Origin: a virus
Lineage: Duplodnaviria > Caudoviricetes
Length of the DNA: 40,659 bases
Virus record (IMG/VR): IMGVR_UViG_3300048848_000255
Span: 1-40,659 of that record
Direction: 5' to 3' (one strand)
The translations under genes were made by a program, and so were the position numbers. This document shows, in pieces, positions 34,938-40,659 of this stretch. The stretch's first letter is position 1. Each line of letters starts with the position of its first letter. Below the pieces are notes generated by a model. That model saw only the letters and a program-made list of their open reading frames with translations, did no database searches and had not been told where the DNA came from.

Positions 34938-35789
34938 ATGGCCGAAAGGGGCCAATCGATCGTGCGTGTAAATGTAAGTCCGTTTCTGAAATGGGCGGGC
35001 GGCAAGCGTTGGCTGAGCCCGGCCTTCGTGGATCAATTTGCCGAGTTGCACGGCACTTATCGGGAGCCCTTCCTAGGTTCAGGCGCGGTGTTCTTCCGGC
35101 ATCTGCCCCTCAAAGCGAGCCTCTCCGACGCCAATGCGGAATTGATCGAGTGCTACAAGGCAATTCGCGACGACGCGATTGCTGTTATGCAAGCACTGGA
35201 AGTCCTAGCCGATCGTCACCCGGATGAAGCTTACTATGAGGTCCGGTCAATGAAGCCCGAGTCCATCGCGGCGCGTGCGGCCCGCTTCATATACCTTAAT
35301 CGAACCTGCTGGAACGGTCTCTATCGAGTCAACTTGAAAGGTGACTTCAACGTACCCCGCGGCACGAAAAGCCGCGTTCTGCTAGACGATGATAACTTCT
35401 TGGCTGTAGGAGCTGCGCTGGCCAACGCAGATGTCCAATCTCGTGACTTCGAAGAGAACATAGATGAGGCCGTCGCTGGTGACCTGATATTTTGTGACCC
35501 GCCGTATACCACAGCTCACAATTTAAATGGCTTCATCAAGTACAATCAGCGGATTTTTAGTTGGAACGATCAGCAAAGATTAGCGGCTGCAGTGAAGCGG
35601 GCGATCGTTAGAGGCGCGATCGCTATTGTGACAAACGCTGATCATCAAGACGTTCGGGAACTCTACGCCGATTTCCAAACGGTTCGATCTGTTGGGCGAG
35701 CTAGCGTGATTGCGGCGGCATCTGCCAATCGTAGACGAACCACCGAGTTAGTTATATCAAACACTGCTCTCGCTTTGGAGCAGGTGTAG
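34938..35789 (+). CDS. dam: Dam-type N6-adenine DNA methyltransferase (probably GATC)
   Basis: PFLKWAGGKRW, YREPFLGSGAVF, SDAN, YLNRTCWNGLYRVNLKGDFNVP (EcoDam/DpnM-like recognition hairpin), DPPY; the start may be GTG 34962. Confidence 0.88.
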   Translation: MAERGQSIVRVNVSPFLKWAGGKRWLSPAFVDQFAELHGTYREPFLGSGAVFFRHLPLKASLSDANAELIECYKAIRDDAIAVMQALEVLADRHPDEAYYEVRSMKPESIAARAARFIYLNRTCWNGLYRVNLKGDFNVPRGTKSRVLLDDDNFLAVGAALANADVQSRDFEENIDEAVAGDLIFCDPPYTTAHNLNGFIKYNQRIFSWNDQQRLAAAVKRAIVRGAIAIVTNADHQDVRELYADFQTVRSVGRASVIAAASANRRRTTELVISNTALALEQV

Positions 35790-35802
35790 GAACTCCGCGC
35801 TG

Positions 35803-36363
35803 ATGAACTTGGATAATTTTCCAATCTTGAAGACGCTTAGTGTCTGCACGCGATCTGCGCGGAGAAGCGCAAGAGTCGAGTTATTATGGAACATCGGATT
35901 TGCCTTCATTCCCGTTTTTATCGTGATCATGATAGTCGTGTTTACTGAAAACATAGCTGGCATGCTCAAACAGGTATTCGCCGTTTTGGGACGAGGCGAG
36001 CTAATGGTATATGCAGCGTCAGTATGTGGAGCAACACTTTACGCGTTGCGTCATAGCATTGACGGACCCCTGCCAGAAGGCATCAAGCATCGGGTAACTC
36101 CCTTAGGAACTCTCTCCACCGTCACAGCAGTCTGTATGGTCGTTGCCCTAATATCCTACCTCGTACGACGAATGGGCGATCTCTACAACATCGCCGTAAA
36201 CGAGTATCTACTTAACACACTGTCAATACTTGCATTACTGTTCTCCGTGCTGGTGGCATATGTAGTCTTTTCCTTGAAGTTCTCACTGGATAGCGGCGCC
36301 GCACGAGCATCTTACGAGCAAACAGAAGACTTCAAGACGCAATGGGAGCAGAGAGATGCTTGA
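35803..36363 (+). CDS. 4-TM membrane protein of unknown function
   Basis: Four hydrophobic segments; 13 nt after the dam stop and overlapping the next gene by 8 nt. Confidence 0.8.
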   Translation: MNLDNFPILKTLSVCTRSARRSARVELLWNIGFAFIPVFIVIMIVVFTENIAGMLKQVFAVLGRGELMVYAASVCGATLYALRHSIDGPLPEGIKHRVTPLGTLSTVTAVCMVVALISYLVRRMGDLYNIAVNEYLLNTLSILALLFSVLVAYVVFSLKFSLDSGAARASYEQTEDFKTQWEQRDA

Positions 36364-37516
36364 GCTTCCTGATCCTGTCGACGCGACCAATATATCTCTC
36401 GAAATTACCGCCATTCGCGCCCGCCAACCGATCGGCGACATCTACATCGGCTCAGTCGACGCTGCGACCTTGGTGAAGATCACCGACTTTGACGTACGAA
36501 GGGTTATCGGAGAGGAGCGAGACGTCGAGCGATACCTTGGTATCCAACGGCCACTTGATAAGCGTCGAGTTGGGCAGCTCGAGAATTATGTGAATTTTCG
36601 AGATGCAACATTTCCTACAGCTTGCATCCTCGCGATTGAAGTGGATTACGCAGACTACAATGAAGACACTAAACTGCTGGAGATACGGAACTTCAGGGAA
36701 GGCGACCCGACTCCATCTAAGAGCATCCGGCACATCGCAAGGGTGCTGGACGGCCAGCACCGCATCGCCGGTTTGAAGAGCTTCAGCGACGGCATTTTCG
36801 AAGTGCCTGTCGTGTTCTTTGTTGGTGCCGATATCGCTGAACAAGCTAACATATTTTCTACCGTTAACCTTGAACAGAACAAGGTTGGTAAAAGCTTGGC
36901 CTATGATTTGTTCGCATTGGCAAAAACACGTAGTCCGCAAAGGCTCGGGCATCAGATTGCAGTCGCTTTTGACTCTGATCCTAAGAGCCCCTTCTACAAG
37001 CGCATCAAACGCCTAGGTGTCGCAACCCCTGGTCGATATAAAGAGACAATCTCACAGGCTCAGTTCGTTGAGGCTTTGCTCGATCTTATCTCGAAAGATC
37101 CCAAGGTTGATCGCGACATCCTCTTGAGAGGCGAATCTATACCGCGCCCTGACGCGAAAGAAGCCGAGCGGTATATCTTCCGGGATATGTTCATTACCGG
37201 CAGAGACATAGACATTGCGCGGTCACTAGATGCGTACTTTCAAGCTGTGCGCGACCAATGGCCAGACGCTTGGGACGCTTTTGGGAAAGGTTATGTTCTA
37301 AACAAGACAAATGGCTTCCGCGCCCTGATGAAGCTTTTACGCCCTGTTTACCTGCACCTTTATGGAATGAACGACGTGATGCAGCGCGACGATGTGAAAC
37401 TATTGCTGGAAAATTCCAAAATTAAGGATGATTATTTTACTACTGAGGTGTTCAAGCCAGGCACGTCTGGCGAGTCACAACTCTTCAAAGAGCTTCGCGA
37501 TTCAATAGGGGTCTGA
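36356..37516 (+). CDS. DGQHR-domain protein (DndB/ParB-Srx-like fold)
   Basis: GIQRPLD..RV, FP...ILA, VLDGQHRIAGL, EQANIFSTVNLEQNKV.KSL.YDL. Confidence 0.9.
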   Translation: MLELPDPVDATNISLEITAIRARQPIGDIYIGSVDAATLVKITDFDVRRVIGEERDVERYLGIQRPLDKRRVGQLENYVNFRDATFPTACILAIEVDYADYNEDTKLLEIRNFREGDPTPSKSIRHIARVLDGQHRIAGLKSFSDGIFEVPVVFFVGADIAEQANIFSTVNLEQNKVGKSLAYDLFALAKTRSPQRLGHQIAVAFDSDPKSPFYKRIKRLGVATPGRYKETISQAQFVEALLDLISKDPKVDRDILLRGESIPRPDAKEAERYIFRDMFITGRDIDIARSLDAYFQAVRDQWPDAWDAFGKGYVLNKTNGFRALMKLLRPVYLHLYGMNDVMQRDDVKLLLENSKIKDDYFTTEVFKPGTSGESQLFKELRDSIGV

Positions 37517-37542
37517 CTAAGTTATGGCCTCACTTCGGGCGC

Positions 37543-37959
37543 CTAGTCGTCTGGCCAAACTTCATCCGAATAGAACCCCACATTGGCCATTGAAGCTGGA
37601 TCCAACTCCTCAACCTGGACCAGCATCGCCTCTGTCATTACCGGCACCTCACCATCAAACGCCACCCTGATCCAGGCCCCGAACTCAGCCGCCCGTTGGA
37701 ACACCGCCTGCACCTCCCGCTCGCCCAGCAACGCGCCGATGCGCGGTGCGCGCTCGGCCGAGAGGTAGCCAAGCTGGACGCCGCGGCAGGATAGGACGGC
37801 GATCGCGTGCGGGTCGAACTTGTTGCGGGGTTCCGGGTGCAGCTCCACCGGCTCGCCTGGTTTGCAGAGCAGGATCTCGAAGCGGCGATTTGAGCCGTCG
37901 GCATTGGGGAACTGTGCGCCGACCACCGCCAGCGAAATCGAAGGAACGGGTTCTGGCAT
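37543..37959 (-). CDS. HIRAN-domain protein
   Basis: LAVVG..F, GEPVELHPEPRNKFDPHAIAV, QLGYL; start set at ATG 37959. Confidence 0.85.
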   Translation of the reverse strand: MPEPVPSISLAVVGAQFPNADGSNRRFEILLCKPGEPVELHPEPRNKFDPHAIAVLSCRGVQLGYLSAERAPRIGALLGEREVQAVFQRAAEFGAWIRVAFDGEVPVMTEAMLVQVEELDPASMANVGFYSDEVWPDD

Positions 37960-37979
37960 TGTAGGTCCAGCTATACTGA

Positions 37980-38312
37980 TCAGCGTGAACGGCGGCCGGC
38001 GAGCACCCATCTGACCGCCACAACACATACGGCAACCACCGCCCAAAAGGCGACTGCGGCCCCTGCAGCAATCCCGAACGACATGGCTAGGATGCCGATC
38101 TCGCTCATCGAAACCCAATCTGACAAGCAGGATTGCTGGTCGGCGCGGCAATACTGACCGGCGTAGCGCAACTGCTCGGCCTTCGCGCTGGATAGGCCGA
38201 GGTAGGCTATGACGCTATAAGCCAGCAGCCAGAGTGCGGTTACGACAATGCCAGCTCGCTGCCAGACACCGTGCCGCAGCCCCATGCCGCTCTGTTGTCC
38301 TACCTGGATCAT
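37980..38312 (-). CDS. 2-TM membrane protein co-transcribed with cI (possible superinfection exclusion)
   Basis: Two hydrophobic helices around a loop with a Cys pair; 4-nt overlap with the cI stop; the start may be 38285. Confidence 0.55.
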   Translation of the reverse strand: MIQVGQQSGMGLRHGVWQRAGIVVTALWLLAYSVIAYLGLSSAKAEQLRYAGQYCRADQQSCLSDWVSMSEIGILAMSFGIAAGAAVAFWAVVAVCVVAVRWVLAGRRSR

Positions 38313-38968
38313 GTCCGCCGGAACACGCCGGCCACCCGGCCTATAACGAACAGCTCGCCATCGGTTGCCATCTCTGCCTCAACCTGCGGATTGTCCGCCA
38401 TCAGCTTGTGCCGGCCGTCCGGTAGCACCCGCACGCGCTTAATCGTCCCAAAGCCGCCGAAGACCAAAGCCCAGATGCCGTCGACACGATCAATGGCGCG
38501 CTGCGATCGGTCGATCAGCACTAGATCGCGGTCATTGATGGTCGGATACATGCTATCGCCGACCGGTCGCGCAATCGAAAGCAGCGCGGCCGGGGAGTTG
38601 GTGAAGTTGCGGACCCAATCCTCGGGGATCCAGCGCTCTACCGAGGTGACATGCTCGTCAAGGAAAGCGGCTCCCATGCCTATGGTGAGGTCGATCTCCT
38701 CGACCTTGATGAGGCCCATCTCTGCGGCGATCTCGGCCGGGGTCGGCGGTATGAACGCGTTCTCACTGGGATCATCGATTTCTCCGATCAGGTATGCCGC
38801 GGTCGTTTGCAAAGCGCGTGCGATCTTGTGCATGTGCGGCGAACCGGACTGCATATCGCGTTCGAGCTTGGCTATCGTCGGCTGCTTGATACCAGCAAGG
38901 CGAGCTAGCTCCGTCTGGGACAGTCCCAGCTCGTGCCGTCGGGCTGCTATCCGCTCACCAGTGGTCAT
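38309..38968 (-). CDS. cI: CI-like repressor (XRE HTH + S24 autopeptidase)
   Basis: LSQTELARLAGIKQPTIAKLE HTH; GMG cleavage-region motif; GDSMYPTINDRDLVLID (Ser) and IKRV (Lys). Confidence 0.95.
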   Translation of the reverse strand: MTTGERIAARRHELGLSQTELARLAGIKQPTIAKLERDMQSGSPHMHKIARALQTTAAYLIGEIDDPSENAFIPPTPAEIAAEMGLIKVEEIDLTIGMGAAFLDEHVTSVERWIPEDWVRNFTNSPAALLSIARPVGDSMYPTINDRDLVLIDRSQRAIDRVDGIWALVFGGFGTIKRVRVLPDGRHKLMADNPQVEAEMATDGELFVIGRVAGVFRRT

Positions 38969-38978
38969 AGCCGCTCCT

Positions 38979-39043
38979 TATTCCGGTTGGAATATACTGG
39001 AAGCGCGCAATCATCCTTGACTCTCCTATTCCGTTCGGAATAG
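38979..39043. promoter_or_regulatory. Two repressor operators TATTCC-N4-GGAATA and the cro promoter (TTGACT at 39017-39022)
   Basis: TATTCCGGTTGGAATA (38979-38994) and TATTCCGTTCGGAATA (39027-39042), 48 bp apart, between divergent cI and cro. Confidence 0.85.
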
Positions 39044-39050
39044 ATGGGCC

Positions 39051-39380
39051 ATGGCTGATGCTCTTACCCCGTTTGAGGCGCTGTGTGAGGCGTACGAGAT
39101 CGCCGGCTCTCAGCCCGCGCTCGCTGCCATCTGTGGTGTGACGCAAGGCACCGTCTCCAAGTGGCTCAACAAGAGCAAGCGCCTTCCTCCCGAGCATGTG
39201 ATCCCTGTCGAGGCTGCCACCGGCGTCTCCCGCCATCTGCTGCGTCCCGACATCTACCCCCTTCTGCCGCGCGAGGGTGAAGACCCTGGCGAGGATTGCG
39301 GAGCCATTCTGGCCAAACGTGATCCCGCTGTCGCCTTCGATCGGGAGACCGAAACGAAGCTGTCAGGTACGAGCCAGTGA
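39051..39380 (+). CDS. cro: Cro-like repressor (YdaS-type HTH)
   Basis: AGSQPALAAICGVTQGTVSKWL...VEAATGVSRHLLRPDIYP; divergent from cI. Confidence 0.88.
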   Translation: MADALTPFEALCEAYEIAGSQPALAAICGVTQGTVSKWLNKSKRLPPEHVIPVEAATGVSRHLLRPDIYPLLPREGEDPGEDCGAILAKRDPAVAFDRETETKLSGTSQ

Positions 39381-39883
39381 CCAAGGTCCGCGATCCTTAT
39401 GACTTCCCCAAGGCGATTCAGACCATCGGCAAGATGATCGGGTGGGACGTTGCCGGCGCCATGTTCGGCGTGACCGGCCGAGCAGTCGAGTTTTGGGGCG
39501 ATGACGATCACGCGGCGCTGCCGACACTGGTGCAGGCTTTCGCGCTCGACGCTGCCTATGTGGCCGCTGGCGGCAACCATGCTCCCATTCTGGAAAGCTA
39601 CGCTCGCCAGTTCGACGCCAAGCTGGTGCAGGCCACCGCGTGCCGCGCCTTGTTGGCGGAAGACGTCGCGAACCTGACGCGGGAAACTGGCGAAGCGCTG
39701 AGCCACTGCATCGTCGCGCTGAGCCCCAGCGCCACGCCGTCCCAGCTGCGGAAAGCACTTACCGAACTGGAGCAAGCAGACGCGATCATCCCGCGCATTG
39801 TCCGTCGGATCCAAGCCCTTCTGCCCGGCAACGGGGCCGGCCGAAGACTACTGAGGGGGGAACTGGCCTGTGAGCCGTCCTAA
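39377..39883 (+). CDS. Phage regulatory protein, CII-like
   Basis: Follows cro with a 4-nt overlap; N-terminal HTH-like segment and a C-terminal RETGEA..ELEQA helical pattern. Confidence 0.5.
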   Translation: MTKVRDPYDFPKAIQTIGKMIGWDVAGAMFGVTGRAVEFWGDDDHAALPTLVQAFALDAAYVAAGGNHAPILESYARQFDAKLVQATACRALLAEDVANLTRETGEALSHCIVALSPSATPSQLRKALTELEQADAIIPRIVRRIQALLPGNGAGRRLLRGELACEPS

Positions 39884-40169
39884 TCAACTACCGCATGTCA
39901 CCTGCCCGGCCTGCGCCGGCCGCGCCTTTGCCCGCACCGTGGGCAAGACCAGCGCGCTGTTCCGGGAAGTCTATTACGAGTGCCGCAACCCTGACGCCTG
40001 CGGCCACAAATTCGTGGTGGAGCTGGCCGCCGTCCGCTCCGTCCGCCCCAGCCGCTACCCCCGGCCGCTGCATGTCCTGCCGATGACGCAGTGGCGCAAG
40101 GCGGCGAACGACCGGGCGGAGAACGACAATGCGCCGCCGCCATCACCGGAAAGCGTCGCCGGCACCTGA
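39870..40169 (+). CDS. ogr: Ogr/Delta-family zinc-finger late activator
   Basis: CPAC...R.....S...REVYYECRNPDACGHKF...RSVRPS. Confidence 0.88.
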   Translation: MSRPNQLPHVTCPACAGRAFARTVGKTSALFREVYYECRNPDACGHKFVVELAAVRSVRPSRYPRPLHVLPMTQWRKAANDRAENDNAPPPSPESVAGT

Positions 40170-40281
40170 CCGCCTGACCTGATCGCGCCCGCCGCGATCT
40201 GATCCCCTCCCCTGCTGTTTTTGCCCGGCCCGCTTCCGGGATCGCCCCCGCTTTGCCTTGTCACCCTGCTGGAGAACCGCG

Positions 40282-40659
40282 ATGTTCCTGCCGCTCGCTA
40301 TCAGCCCCGCGCCGCTCACCACCTTCACCTACATCTGCCACTGCTGCGATGCCGAGGAGAACCGCCCGCTGCCGCTGCTGCCCGGCAGCTGGAGCGTCGG
40401 CATCATCGACGGTATTGAATGCGCCATCTGCCCCGACTGCACCGCCGCCACCCGGCAGGCCGCGCAGGCGGTGATCGACGCGCAGGCGGACGCTGATGCC
40501 GGTGCCGCCCGGGCTGACCACGCCGCCGCGCTGGAGCGCCAGGTGGAACTCGGCCGCCAACTGCTCGATCGCGGCATGCCGATCCTCTACCGCACCATCG
40601 CCGTCCTATTCGGAACCGGCCTGGCCGCGCAGATCGGCAAGCTGGGCGGCATCCTGTGA
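40282..40659 (+). CDS. Hypothetical early protein with Cys clusters
   Basis: GGAGA RBS; CHCC...CPDC motifs. Confidence 0.6.
   Translation: MFLPLAISPAPLTTFTYICHCCDAEENRPLPLLPGSWSVGIIDGIECAICPDCTAATRQAAQAVIDAQADADAGAARADHAAALERQVELGRQLLDRGMPILYRTIAVLFGTGLAAQIGKLGGIL

Larger units (their letters stand above)
1..40659. mobile_element. P2-like prophage with a lambdoid-type immunity region, apparently intact
   Basis: Integrase, cos, complete head/lysis/tail/baseplate gene set and cI/cro/ogr; no broken core genes seen; att ends lie outside the window. Confidence 0.95.

Noticed and set aside
34938-37516. Classical DpnII-type restriction-modification or a complete Dnd phosphorothioation cluster
   Set aside because: No endonuclease motif recognised and no dndA/C/D/E genes; only the DGQHR domain is shared.
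1-40659. attL/attR direct repeats or a target tRNA
   Set aside because: The window starts at the int ATG and ends at a stop codon; no terminal repeat or tRNA was seen.

Overview
The window is an almost complete, apparently intact ~40.7 kb temperate prophage from a high-GC alphaproteobacterium. A Sphingomonadaceae-like host is an inference from the GAAC-N7-GAAC SOS box, GC level and gene content. It carries the full P2-type virion set: cos, portal Q, terminase P/M, scaffold O, capsid N, L, X, holin/M15 endolysin/spanins, R, S, J, I, H, V, W, FI, FII, E/E' with its -1 frameshift, T, U, D, and an Ogr-type activator. The early module is not P2-like: a P4-type tyrosine integrase overlapping a candidate HTH Rep gene, and a lambda-like cI(S24)/cro switch with two 16-bp operators. 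Accessory loci are (i) an S1/P1 nuclease, a SRAP gene and a LexA-boxed YozE-like gene left of cos; (ii) an AT-richer Septu-like ABC-ATPase + HNH pair between S and J; (iii) a 1138-aa Ig-like/beta-rich protein whose first 12 residues copy the tail-sheath N-terminus; (iv) an adenine methylase behind a multi-hairpin leader, followed by two small membrane genes bounded by repeated palindromes; (v) an AT-richer Dam-type methylase + 4-TM protein + DGQHR protein operon after gpD, the best candidate for an undescribed defence system. A late-promoter motif, CGGG-N12-CCCG, lies 46-47 nt upstream of three late start codons. No att sites are visible because the window starts and ends on CDS boundaries. 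All calls come from manual motif recognition; no searches were run.
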